From the NCBI RefSeq assembly GCF_052425735.1, contig NC_135764.1, positions 27,590,001-27,654,000 on the forward strand: 64,000 nucleotides of DNA. The letters are read 5' to 3'. The stretch is from Oculina patagonica (Eukaryota). Each line of letters opens with the position of its first letter. Position 1 is the first letter of the stretch. Both the position numbers and the translations under genes were made by a program. Positions 1-11,727 of the stretch are shown in pieces. The notes below the pieces were generated by a model. That model was not told where the DNA came from. It saw only the letters and a program-made list of their open reading frames with translations, and searched no databases.

Positions 1-728
1 AGAGGTTGGTGATATAATGAAACACTACAATGGCCTATTAGCATCTCCTCTGCCATTCGTCCTAGCCGCAAGGATTGATCGGACGCCAGTTTATCGATGT
101 CAAAGATTTAAAAAAATTAAAAGCACCAGGTACAGGTAGTGGCTGGACCTACTCCATATCCGCAGAAGACAGCATTTGTTTCAGTGTCAACAAGCCTATC
201 AAGTTACATGGAGTCCAGCATTTTGGCTCTAAAAGTGGCGAGTACACGGTTTCAGCAGAAGTCGAAGATACCACAGCGGATGGCTCTTCTGGGATAAAAC
301 AGTCAGGAACATACACCTCTGTAAAACACGAAACTGAAACCTATTATTGCTTTGATGTATTGTTTGATCATCCAGTTTGTTTAGTGGAAGGAAGAAAGTA
401 TGAGATTAAGGTGCTTATCAAGGGTCCTGTATCATGGTGGGGAGCAGAAGGAAAAACATCTGTTGAGTGTGAAGGAGTACAATTCACCTTTACTCGTTCG
501 AATAATAGCCCTAATGGAACCTTAGTTACAGGGGGTCAGTTTCCTGCGTTAGTTTTCAGCAAAGTTTTGTTTAGTTTAGTCTTAATTCAGATTCCGTTTG
601 TAAAAGTTTCATTGACTATTACAAAACTAGTAAGGCACTCCTTTATTGAGAACAATTTGAAAAATTACAGTAGTAAAAGACGTTTAATGGATGTCATGTT
701 AACCGGTAGTGTATGTAAATTTAGTTAG
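1..728 (+). pseudogene. BTB-BACK-PHR gene copy A, 3' part (gene starts before window); two frameshifts
   Basis: Frame from nt 2 reads EVGDIMKHYNGLLASPLPFVLAARIDRTPVYRCQRF, matching the paralogs. An extra A in the A-run at ~110-116 shifts the PHR domain (GWTYS...HGVQHFG...NGT..GGQFP) into ORF 75..728. A 1-nt deletion at ~570 (GTTTTGTTTAG vs paralog GTTTTGGTTTAG/TGA) removes the normal stop. Either could be a homopolymer assembly error. Confidence 0.8.
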
Positions 729-2570
729 CAGTTATTTCCTGCAGCCCGTTGAGCAGTACAGTTATCAAGCTTCGTTTCAACTAGTCCGGAATCGATGCCT
801 TGTTATTGATGGCATAGAATTGTACTTAAGGTACTGGTATATAAAAAGCTTGCAATAATTATACTGAATATTAAAAGCAATGCATCTTGAATGACAATTA
901 TATTATTACTTTCATACAGTAGAAAATCAATTAGCTTCAATTACATGATATGTATGTCTTTTTAACTGCTTAAACAAGAAGTTCCGGTATAAAAGGGGCC
1001 TGGCCTGGCACGCCCAGTTGTCAGTCAATCATCAAAGCGTAAACAACTGGCAAACAAGCTGTGTATTTTCCACAACTGTTACTGATAAAATGTGTTTCAT
1101 TTTCGCTAGGAATATTCTGTTAAACGTTAGGAAGTTATTTTTCATATTTTTGTCAATAATATATCTTGGTTTCATGAGATTTCAAAGCATGTTCAGCTTG
1201 AAGGATGCTCGGCACCACAACGTGCCATGAATGCAAAAGTACAAATTTGCATTTCGCGCCGGAGAAGTGTGAAATGTGGTAGGTGCCATCCCTTTTATAG
1301 CGGAACTTCTTGTTTAAAATGACACCAGGTGTTGTATACAATACATTGCACTGATCAGATACATGATCACCCTCAATGAAACAGTGGTAAGGCACGCATA
1401 TGTGATCATATGTTTGAGGCCTGTATATGAGTTTAAAACAGACGTTAGACACGCGCGTCTAAGACAGGGTAGCATTTACCACCCATTAATCCCATTTGGG
1501 GGATTTTGTGTTCGTTAGATAGCTGTGGCAATAAGCTTTCATAAACCAATAAACGAAAGCCATAGAGATTTGGATAGTCTGAGCACTAAGCTAAGACATA
1601 CAGCTATGGAGAACTGATTAAATGCAAATTAAACTTCACGGCAATTTCATTAGTCCTTTGGCAGGATTAGACAACACATGCATGACTATATCTAAATTAA
1701 CACAGGCGTTTTGCTCTGGGACCAATCGCTGCCTTGGAGGGAGGAGGGAGTCGGTCATTTTTGCTATACAAGAAGGGATCCCGTTCTGGCCTCGCACTTT
1801 TGCCTAATAAGTGGGAGTCCTTACCCCTGATCTACGCTTGGAGGTTTCCAAATATGAAGCTTATAAACCAACACGAGTAAGCCAAGGAAATTGCTCAAAA
1901 TGCAACAAGTTGCTAGAAAAAAAAGTTGCTTTAAAGGGGAAAAAATTGCTCGAAATGTGAAAATGGGCCAAAAAGTTGCCGAGAAACTTAAGGAAAGCTC
2001 TATTGGTAATAAGAGAAGTCAAGCATTTAGCCCAACTGGCTCATAGCTCGTTTCTGTACATGTAGCATAAAAGGGCTAAGAGTATTGCTCCTACCCCTGG
2101 ATGGGATGCCTGTCCATAACAGGTTATTCTCCGGCATTCTGTCCGGAGAGGTTACCGGCGTAAGAATTCGTCAGTACCCATTTATACTGCTGGGTTAAGA
2201 GAGGCACTAGTTCTGCGAGAGCATTTTGTACTTGTGCACATTTATACTCCTGAGTGGAGAGAGGCAAATGCAGCGAGATTGATTATTTTATGCCAAATTA
2301 AAGAACACAACACAGTGTCACAAGTGTCTAAACGTTATTCAAGAGTCCATTAGAGAGGGTAACAAAATGAAAGGCAAGCTCGCGTTTGCCGTTTGTCGTA
2401 TAACGTCATGCTTAGTCTCTCTAGCTATTACTAAACCGAAATAAAATCGTTACATCTTTACAGATGGATCGTGAATAGGAAAAAATACAAAATGAATAAG
2501 TATTTTAAAAAAATTCCGACTAGTTCTATAGGCTCATCGACGTTGTAATTTATTTATTATACAATTTAGT

Positions 2571-2758
2571 GAGGCCTTCCAAGGGGGTTTCTGATGTCGC
2601 GTTTCTGATGTTTGGTGAGGGAAACATTGTCGCCGTTGCAAATATACGTTTCAGTGCTAGTTTCTGTCGGCTGTCAGTGCTCTGGAACAAGATTGTCGCT
2701 ACAGTTTGAGCTATTTTGGAGCAATGTTGCCTGTCGCCAAAACCCCTTGGAAGGCCTC
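2571..2758. mobile_element. MITE with GAGG termini and 6-bp TSD
   Basis: TIR GAGGCCTTCCAAGGGG / CCCCTTGGAAGGCCTC; TSD TTTAGT; paralogous empty site at ~20000-20015. Confidence 0.85.
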
Positions 2759-3757
2759 TTTAGTATCGGCTTGGTAACGATATAAGTAACTCTTCTAAAT
2801 TCTTCTAATTTAATGGAGTAACTGTTCTAAACGATTAAAATATCAACACTATATAATGTCCTCTACGATGGCCACGTTTTGCACAAAATTATTCTAGGAC
2901 AAAAAAAATGTTTCTGTTGTTTTAAATTAAAGGTAAATACCAAAGGAAACATTCTTCGAAGTGTTCAAAAATGAATTGAAACAGCGGCTAAAATATATAA
3001 ACACGTTAGTTCACATGCAAATAAAGAAAGTTCTCTGGAAAACTGTAAAATGTAAAGCACATGCATGACTATATCTAAATTAACAGAGACGTTTTGCTCT
3101 GGGACCAATCGCTGACCCAAAAAATAAAGCGGGCGGGGACGAGAAACATTTGCATGTATTTTTTGTGTATTTTTTAATAGGCCTTACCGTGACTTATAAC
3201 GAAACTTCGTTATCACATACATCATATGAACTTCTGTTAATAATTTATTTCTCTTGGTTACCAACGTGTTTCTTGATACCAGGGTTTCTGTGTGACTAGC
3301 CTGGAAAGGTATAATGGGTTATAGTTGTTCGCAGCTGACAAAAGTTCTCGTGCATTCGCGGTTACTCTTTTGTTGGCTATAAAAATAGTAAATGAACTGG
3401 CGCCCCGTAAGAAAACGTTTTGAAGGACAACCTTCAGTCAGTCCCTAACCATAACTGTGGTGCCTAAGTCGCCGCCGTTTTTACTGAAATGATTTCAAAG
3501 AATCATTCTTTTCTCTCGCTACTTTGACCGAATCAGTGAGCAATGTTATTCTTTGTTGCTCAATATGAAGACACATCGTACGAAGTCAATCAGGGTTCAT
3601 GTGTCTGTACACAAAAACAGTTATGACGTTTGCCTTTTTGGTAAATGTTTTTCTCAGCCGGAATTCGGGCCACGATATAGTATCAAGTGTCAAAAGTGCT
3701 ACGAACATTGTAAGCCTTCAGCTCGAAAAAAGTGAGCAAACTTTTTTTTGCGCAATC

Positions 3758-4555
3758 ATGGCTTCCTTACTCGTGCGTACCGGACGATTTATGTTTTTCG
3801 CTCTGATCATCGTTCAGGGCATATCGCTTGCTTCCTATCCAGCGAGGTACGAACACAATGCCAACGCTGGTTTCTATGGGCTAACTGCCCTGTACCTTCC
3901 TGCCCTCTTGTTATGGCTGCGTATAATATGGGATGAAGAAAGCCTTCCATGGCTCTTTGTCGTGTGGGTCTTGTATGTCTGGGTTGCGTTAGTGCCCCTC
4001 ATTGGAGCCATCTTTGGTCGAATCGAGGACGACATTGACAAAGAAACATTCTTTGGTCCAAACGTCTTGAAAATGACCTTGTGTATTTCACCGCTTCTGC
4101 TGTTGTTGCTGCTAAACACCGCAGTGGACTCTGTCGATTACCGAGAACTGGTTTTGAAGTTGTCTCTCCAAATCGCACTAGATCTCTTCGACGGAGTTGA
4201 AATGTTGGAAGTCATTCTCGAGGAGAACGAATTCAGCCATGGCATTCCAAAGAGTTTCGAGAAAGCCATGATTGCCTTCGTCTGCATCAGTTTCTTGGTG
4301 TCACCCTTGCAGTTGGCGGAAAACAAGCTGAGGCGTCACAGCGGGATGGGCGACTGGGATGTTTTCACGTGCACGGCTGTTTTCCGTATCATCGTTCAGA
4401 TACTTTGTGTCAATGGTGTGTTTTTGGTTCTCCGCTTGGTGCTCGTTTTCGACTACGGAAAAGATGCATCAATTTTCATCGCTAAAAATGGTATCATGCT
4501 TATTTTTAGTTCTTTAGAGTTGTGCTCGATCTTCGGTTGCTGTGGTTATGAATGA
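3758..4555 (+). CDS. CECR6/TMEM121-family multi-pass membrane protein, intronless, 265 aa (copy 1)
   Basis: ATG at 3758 aligns with the paralog start. Several hydrophobic segments; motifs ALDLFDGVEMLE, SPLQLAE and VN.VFL.LR...SIFIAKN resemble TMEM121/TMEM121B (LDLLD, IFxxKN) as recalled from memory. Confidence 0.8.
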   Translation: MASLLVRTGRFMFFALIIVQGISLASYPARYEHNANAGFYGLTALYLPALLLWLRIIWDEESLPWLFVVWVLYVWVALVPLIGAIFGRIEDDIDKETFFGPNVLKMTLCISPLLLLLLLNTAVDSVDYRELVLKLSLQIALDLFDGVEMLEVILEENEFSHGIPKSFEKAMIAFVCISFLVSPLQLAENKLRRHSGMGDWDVFTCTAVFRIIVQILCVNGVFLVLRLVLVFDYGKDASIFIAKNGIMLIFSSLELCSIFGCCGYE

Positions 4556-4574
4556 TCGGTAAATGACCATTTTA

Positions 4575-4936
4575 GGCTAAGTAAAAAAAAAATGTTTCTC
4601 GTCCCTATCCGCTTCATTTTTTGGGGCCACCTCTCTTTTTTTTTTATTACTTGTTATTAAAAAAGTTGGAACAAAGAAAATTAGTACAAATTAGGTACAA
4701 AGAAAATTCTGTAAGACATGGCTTTTGTATGCGTTTTAATACGAACTCAGGCCGAAATTTTAAAGCCTCGGCACCCTGGCTTCGTACTGGATAGGTCAAT
4801 TACCTTGCAGGATTTATTTTGCAAGTTCGCTACTGGAGAATTTGAGGATGGAGGAAATCATAAATAACAAAAAAAAGCGCCCGCCTGCTTTCTTTTTTAT
4901 AGAAATATGGACGAGAAACTTTTTTTTTACTTGGCC
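4575..4936. mobile_element. Kolobok-like MITE just 3' of TMEM copy 1
   Basis: TIR GGCTAAGTAAAAAAAAAATGTTTCTCGTCC / GGACGAGAAACTTTTTTTTTACTTGGCC; TTTA/TTAA flanks; absent from the paralog (~31045). Confidence 0.7.
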
Positions 4937-5174
4937 TTAATTATATTGAATATTGACTATGGCATAATAAGCATTGATCAATCGAGACAATATTGAACTA
5001 TACTGTCCTTTCAGTGAACAACCAGACGGTTTTTATTATTTTTTTCCCCCCTGTAGTGTACAACACAGCATTTTACTCTGTCTCCCAACTATGTTACAGA
5101 AAGCCAAAATTTCCGAGGGGACCCTAGCTTTTCCTGCTCTCAATACTTTCGGCAGCCAAAGCCCAGATCAATTG

Positions 5175-5575
5175 AAAGAGCCTGTGTCACGGCTGAGTTA
5201 AGTTTCTTTTATTTAAGTTTTGCCAAATACTCGCTATGAAACTTAATTTATTCAAAGAAATTACTTCTATGGATCTAAATAACAAAACCATAGCCGCTTC
5301 GTTACAACCAAATGTGACTCCTGGGCGTTATAATTTAAAGTTACAAGCAAACAAGATTAACTTTGAAAACTGTTCAGCCCAACAATATCATTTCAAAAAA
5401 CCCATATCGCAATCCGTTTCAATCTTCGTCGCTTTTGGCCATCCGTGCCTTCTTTAGTATTTGGTGTGTTATTGAAATGTCCCTTCACTGTTTTAAGAAG
5501 TTATTTTTATATTTCAACGAATTGGCGGTCATTTCCCATACCTAAATTTAGCTAAAATCCGTGACACAATCCCTT
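5175..5575. mobile_element. Kolobok-like non-autonomous element (same family as 54253..54737)
   Basis: Termini ...CTGTGTCACGG / CCGTGACACAATCCCT-TTAA; about 400 bp of similarity to the copy in FYCO1 intron 7. Confidence 0.7.
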
Positions 5576-7004
5576 TAAATTGTACTAGCGCTATTTCCTT
5601 TGTGAATACAGTGGAATAACGAAAGGCCAAGAGACTGGCAAAATATGTTCGCTTTACTGAACGAGGTTTCGTTATATCGGGATTCCTTTTCACATACTTC
5701 AGTTCTATAACTGGGGCGAAGAATATCGTTCTTTATACTTAGGACTTTACGACATAGAAGCTCGTTAAATAAAGGGTTCCACTGCATGCAGTACTGTGCC
5801 ACCTCGTAGTACAAGGGAGGATCAATTAATTTGATTTATATTTTCCTTTTTTCGAGAGAACTTTCTTTATTTGCATGTGAGCTATCGTGTTTAATATATA
5901 TTAGCCGCTTTTTCAATTCATTTTTGAACACTTCGAAGAACGTTTCCATTGGTAGTTAAATTTAATTAATTCAAAACAACAGAAACATTTTTTTTCTGTC
6001 TTAGAATAATTTTGTGCAAAAGACATTATATAGTGTTGATATTTCAATCGTTTAGAACAGTAGCTTCATTATTTTAGAAGAGTTACTTATATTGCTAACC
6101 TGCGATCAGGCGTTATTTTTCTCGCCTTCCCTCCGCCGCGAAAAAAAGAAAGCCTGATCGCAGGTTACTTATATTGCTGACTCTCTTACCAAGCAGATAC
6201 TAAATTGTATAATAATAAATTACAACGTCGATCAGCCATGTTTAGTTCACGTTGCCAGTAGTGTGACATGGCCGGAATTCTTTTAAAAACGCTGTCTAGA
6301 ACTAGTGGGAAATTTTGTAAAAGACATATTCGTTTTTTATTTTTTTCGTAATTACGATCCATTTGTAAAGACGTAGCGTCTTGAATAAAGTAAAGACGCT
6401 TGTGACACTGCGTTGTGTTCTTTAATTTCTCAAAATACCGTAATAAGGCCCCCCGGTTATGGGCCCATCTACCTGGAAACAAAAAATACCTTCGGTTATA
6501 AGCCCCCCCCCCCCAGATTTTACCCCCTCTCTGCCGGATGGCAGCACTGAACAGGGCTAAATGTTGCTTTATTATGCGTTTTTAACTTAAAAACGTATTT
6601 CGATCAACACTGCCGTGGCTCATTTCGAAACGTTTTTTTTTTATTATTCCGTTTATAAGCCCTCCCGGATATAAGCCCCTCTACTTATACCGAAATTTTA
6701 CGGTATGCCTTTCTCCACTCAAGAAAGTTTAAACATCTTCGAAACCTCCTTGGAAGTCTTCGGGAAAATTCGTTTATCTTTGGAAAGTTTGAAAAATGAT
6801 CGGAAACTTACGTATGGGTTTCGAACAGCAACCGGAGAATTTTCGGAAATCTTCGGTCTAGAAACTGCTCAGAAAAAAGTTGCTAAAACGGAAAAACGTT
6901 GCTCCAAATAGTAAACCTGCCGATTAGTTTTGGGACAGTCTTAGCACCCTCACGTTCCAAAACGCTCTGCCGCCTCTGTTGAACCTACAGCTAAACCTAA
7001 TATT

Positions 7005-8176
7005 AGGCACCGGTCATTCTTTATCGCCTGGAGGGGAGCGGAGGATTTTGGGATAAACATGGTGAAATTTAGGTGATCCCCCCGTTTAAACGTTATTACA
7101 TGAAGTGATCCCCCCTCATTACTATTGATAATTTTCGTGATCCCCACCCCCCCCCCCCCCCCCTCGATATCTTTGCACCCATTGCATATTCAGTTACCAG
7201 TTATGGAGCCCTGATAAAAATATCTTCTGCCAAACCAACACTCCATGAAATTGAAGATTTTTTGTAACAGCATAGCCAACAGATTAACGACCCTGTGTTT
7301 CGTCACAAGTAATCTGGGTTCAGGAACTAGCTGCTTGAACACTGAACAGCAAATGCGATGGGCGCTAAACATGCTAAACATAGATCTAGAGGAGCTTTCA
7401 AACAAAGCGAATAGTTTTCCTAAAGAGTGAAAAATACAGAGTGTACCAAAACATTAATAAGTTCATTTCAGGCATAATAAAGAGTTGCATTCGAAGGCGA
7501 TAAGTTCACCTATTTAGTACCCGAATTCTGAGAACCCTGTATCCGGAAGAGCTGGACCAATCTCTAGGAGATGCAACAAATGCTTCATGTTTAAAGCAGC
7601 TACGTCGCAGACAACACAATCCCCATATTGAAAAAATTGGCAAGTTTGTTGTTTGTAATCCGTCCTAATCTTCGTCAGTCGAAACCAACCTTGGTTATTT
7701 TCACATTTTTATTACTCCTTTGTTGTTTTTCTATGTTAGAAAACTATTATTTTGAAGTTTCCGTTCGTTTGAAAGTAATCAAAAAATTACGTAGACTGCC
7801 GTGAAATTGCTCCTATTTCACAATGTGTCAGTTATCAGGGGTTATGGCTCACAATTTAGAATTCACCTGTCATGTTCAAAAATGAATATTAGCTAAGCAC
7901 GTTTTTAAAGGAAAAATATAAAAGTGTCAACACAAAATGTTCCAGATATAAATTGAAATGTACACATTCCACAGTGTATTTTGTATGCTCTCAAACTTGC
8001 ATTATCCAAACAGATTTGAGTTGTCTTGCATCTGATTCCTCCCATTATTTTCAATGATCCCCTCTTTTGGGCTCTCAGTTACGACTGATCCCCCTTCTGT
8101 TCATCTATAATTCAAGTGATCCACCCCAAAATCCTCCACCCCCCCCCCCCCAGGCGATAAATAATGACCGGTCCCA
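7005..8176. mobile_element. PIF/Harbinger-like non-autonomous element ~70 bp downstream of the copy B stop codon
   Basis: TIR GGCACCGGTCATTCTTTATCGCCTGG / CCAGGCGATAAATAATGACCGGTCCC. Shorter relatives at ~36658-36870 and ~40945. Confidence 0.7.
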
Positions 8177-8246
8177 AAAGGGGCCCCTTTCTAGATTTGT
8201 AATAGTCAAAGAAACGTTTACAAAAGGAGACTGCATTAAGACTTGC

Positions 8247-9584
8247 CTAAACCAAAACTTTACGGAAAATAAAAGCAGGAAACTGGCCGTTCCATACAGT
8301 GGTTGGTTTAGGGTTATTTATGGAAGAAGTGAAGGTGAATTGTACTCCTTCACACTCAACAGATGTTTTTCCGTTTGATCCCCACCATGATACAGGACCC
8401 TTGATAAGTACCTCAACCTCGTACTTCCTGCCTTCCACTAAACAAACTGGATGATCAAACAAGACATCAAAGCTATAGTAGGTGTCAGTCTCGTGTTTTA
8501 CAGAAGTGTATGATCCTGATTGTTTTATCACAGAAGAGCCATCTGTGGTGTCTTTGACTTCTACTGAAACCGCGTACGTGCCACCTTCAGAACCAAAATG
8601 CTGGACTCCATGTAATTTGATGGGCTTGTTGGCACTGAAACAAATACCGTTTATTGGGCAGAAGTCGTAGCACCATATACCAAATTCACCTGCTGAATTA
8701 AATTGCCTAAACCTTTGACATCGATGATAAATGCAGTCTAACCTTGATGCTTGGATAAATGGCAAAGGAGATGTCAGTACACCACTAAAGTGTTTCATCA
8801 TGTTACCAACCTCCTGAATGGTGAGAATGTGAGTATCAAATACAACAGAAACGAACTCCGCCTGTGACATCAGTGGAAACCTTATCGCTTTCACGATCTC
8901 CTCTCCCAGAATTCGTCTCTTTACATTGCCTTCAGGAGTCATGCCTTGCCTTTCAATTTCTTTTGTGGCCCAGCGATCAACAGCTTTGAAACGTTCCACT
9001 TCCTTTACGAACAACGCTTCTCTTTTCACAACAGCCTCCACAAGGGATCGCTCAAGTGTAACAAATTCATCTGACGTCACAGCTTCTTCAGTCTGCTCAT
9101 CAATCACTTCCCAGCATCGATCTTTCAGGTCTTTATCTTCAAATTTTTGAGCGTGCAGCAAAATGCAAAACACGTTGGATGGCTGTAAGTTGTCTCGCAG
9201 ATATTCTGTGCATTTCGCAGCGAGCGAAGGTACCATGTATTTGTTCGCCAAGTACAACACTTGCATCACATTACTTCCGCTCAAATTCACTTTGTCGCTG
9301 TACATATAACGAAACAACTCCAACAGACTCTCGAAATCACAGTCAAGCAGTTCAATAGAGTCTGTAGTCTCCGCCATTTGACCATAGAACATGGCAAAGA
9401 ACACAGGACTGCTGATGGCAAGAACGAACTTGTGAGCTGGGATCACCTTCTTACTTTCACTTTCGCCAGTCGACACTGGAACAACAAATTTCACATCGCT
9501 CAATAACTCGTTGTCGAAAATAAACGTAGTTCTCTCTGCGATGGTTGGTCGTTTCGTCTGCCAGTTGTCTTGAGCAAAAGCCAT
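8247..9584 (-). CDS. BTB/POZ-BACK-PHR protein (BTBD6-like), copy B, 445 aa, intronless CDS
   Basis: NWQT..ER..F.NELLSDVKF, IPAHKFVLAISSPVF (BTB); IRFPLMS (BACK end); RC.RF...GQFP (PHR). The ATG at 9584 is conserved across paralogs. Confidence 0.93.
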   Translation of the reverse strand: MAFAQDNWQTKRPTIAERTTFIFDNELLSDVKFVVPVSTGESESKKVIPAHKFVLAISSPVFFAMFYGQMAETTDSIELLDCDFESLLELFRYMYSDKVNLSGSNVMQVLYLANKYMVPSLAAKCTEYLRDNLQPSNVFCILLHAQKFEDKDLKDRCWEVIDEQTEEAVTSDEFVTLERSLVEAVVKREALFVKEVERFKAVDRWATKEIERQGMTPEGNVKRRILGEEIVKAIRFPLMSQAEFVSVVFDTHILTIQEVGNMMKHFSGVLTSPLPFIQASRLDCIYHRCQRFRQFNSAGEFGIWCYDFCPINGICFSANKPIKLHGVQHFGSEGGTYAVSVEVKDTTDGSSVIKQSGSYTSVKHETDTYYSFDVLFDHPVCLVEGRKYEVEVLIKGPVSWWGSNGKTSVECEGVQFTFTSSINNPKPTTVWNGQFPAFIFRKVLV

Positions 9585-10482
9585 CGCTACTTTCAGGCTC
9601 TTTGCCGGCTTTCTCCACAAGATTTATTCGATACAGCGACGTAAAGCAATGTTTCAATCTGCGAAGCAGTCGATTCGAAAACGAATGAGGAAACGGCTAC
9701 CGCTGACTTGACCGCAGGTTCCTAGAGTGTCACACAACAGCGTGACCTGTTTTTCTTTACCACTAAAAGCGGGCTGAGATAGAATATCTGTGTTCATAAC
9801 TAACTCATCACGAAGAAAAAAAAAGTTCACTTATGCCAACATATCATTTTACGACTGAGTTGTCGTTTGACACAGTGTCAAAACGAGTCTTTACGCGGGA
9901 CCTTTTTTTTTCACATGTCACGGTCACGGTCCTGACATAATAAAAATGACGGCCAATAACGAGCGATGACTTGTGATAATTTCTGAAGTCATAGAACCTT
10001 AACTTATTTTTTATCACGTACATCTATGTTATTTCGAACATTTTCACATCCTCACATTAGAGCAGGCAAATATATTTTGTTGATTCGTTGTCTGCACGGA
10101 GGCAAGAAAGAAACACGCAGACAGACTGTTTTTTATAAGTGAAAATACTTCCAAACTTCGTATCGACCTAAAGCGAAGTTACATATACATATCAAAACAG
10201 ATGTGTATACACTGTGCATAGGATCAGCTTTATTATCTCAGAATAACTGGTGTCATGTTACCTCGACTCTCTACAAGCCGGACACCTCTCTAAGACGGAC
10301 AGTTGGAGCCGGTCCCGAAGGTGTCCGTCTTAGAGAGACTTGACTGTAATTATTGTTTATATTTAAACTGTTTGTTGCAGACAGGGGTGTATTGTTATGC
10401 TGCACACCGTACTGTCGTTTTATAAGTTATCGACAACTTGAAGTTGTCGATCACCAAAGTCTGGTTTTCAGTGGGCCTAAGC

Positions 10483-10957
10483 CCCGGGGGTGGTGGTGGT
10501 GGGGGGGGGGGGTACTCCCATAATTTATATGGGCTATATAGGTATGTGCCGCCCGATAGGGTATGGTTTTTGAGGTTCTCGGTCCTTAAGTAGGGTATCA
10601 TTTTTGGTCCTTTTGGCATTTTGTTCCTGGTGTGATCCTTAGATAGGGTACCTATATTCTATCAGCTTTAATAAACGCCCAGATAAACGAAAAAAAAGTA
10701 TCTTAAAACTGAACTATCCGTTCAAGTATTAGTAAAGCAATTTTATAAAGATTTGTGTTTGGCCGTGCGCGGTTAGCCGCTATTTGGGTCGTCACGGAAT
10801 GCTTCTCCTTCCCTTGAATAGGGTGTCATTTTTAGGTTTGGGGCCTTAAAAAGGGTATCAATTTTCGCTTTCTTTATCCTTAAATAGGGTAAGGGTTTAA
10901 GAACCTTGGCGGCACACCCCTATCCGAAATTTATGGGAGTACCCCCCCCCCCCCGGG
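10483..10957. mobile_element. CCCGGG(G)n-GTACTC terminal element with 8-bp TSD
   Basis: G/C-run TIRs; TSD GCCTAAGC. Relatives at 56703-57139, ~58402-58697, 60169-60598, ~17171-17259 (3' part), ~37322-37630 and ~41503. Confidence 0.8.
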
Positions 10958-11727
10958 GCCTAAGCACAGGCAAAAGCACACTGACCACGCTGATTAGGGC
11001 ATAAGCCCATTAGGAGAGTGAACACATTCATAAGACGGGCCCAGGCCGCTTGCAGCCTACACCCGTCTCTTGCTTTCGGTTATTTATTTTATTAGGAGAG
11101 ATTTTCCGTATTTCAGTCATTTCTTTGTTTATCCTGATTCAGCATTTTAAACTTTAGAAAAGCCAACAGTAGTCTTCTGATTTCAATAAGCTCTGTCATA
11201 TCTCAATTATTCACAATGAACTTTGTACTTTTCGCTTAGTCATAATGGACTTTGTACTTGTATTTTCGCTTAGTCATGATGAACTTTGTACTTGTACATC
11301 CGCGCACTTAAGATAATTTTTGTTTTATATTCATATTGCATCAGCTTCTTTCATAAGTGAGATTGTATTGCATCATGCTGCTTATCAATCAATTTATATA
11401 ACTGAAAGCTGGAAAGAATATTTTAAGTTCTTTTGTTGTATACGTGGACTTATTTACTCAAGACTTGTACTTTGTACCTAGAAAATCATACATAAGCATG
11501 CGATATTGAAAAATTTCTTTGATTACATCAGTGATCACACTGACGATTGTGATTACAAACTGAGCTAGAATAAACTACTGTTGGACCCAAGTTCTATTTC
11601 AGCCTTACGTCTGTAGTAAGATCCTTGAAGTAGATCGCCGTGTACCTAGGAGTTAGGGAAAGACTCCATTTCCAGCAAGTGAGTTCTCTGCCGAGCTAAG
11701 TTCCCCATACTTATTACTTGAGTCATA

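Noticed and set aside
1153-1452. 99-aa minus-strand ORF with plausible composition
   Set aside because: Non-ATG start, no recognisable motif or splice context; would need BLASTX.
1815-1832. Minus-strand G|GTAAGG donor in the repeated module as a first non-coding exon of the BTB genes
   Set aside because: Not retained in the module copies upstream of E and F; unsupported without transcripts.
3599-3757. N-terminal extension of TMEM copy 1 (318-aa ORF)
   Set aside because: Non-ATG start and not conserved in the paralog; the ATG at 3758 matches copy 2. The same reasoning applies to the extended starts at 9620 and 36443.
8482-9506. Recurrent antisense ORFs over the BTB genes (e.g. MAQRSTAL..., MSVSCFTE...)
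   Set aside because: Shadows of the conserved sense CDS; they recur only because the genes are paralogous.
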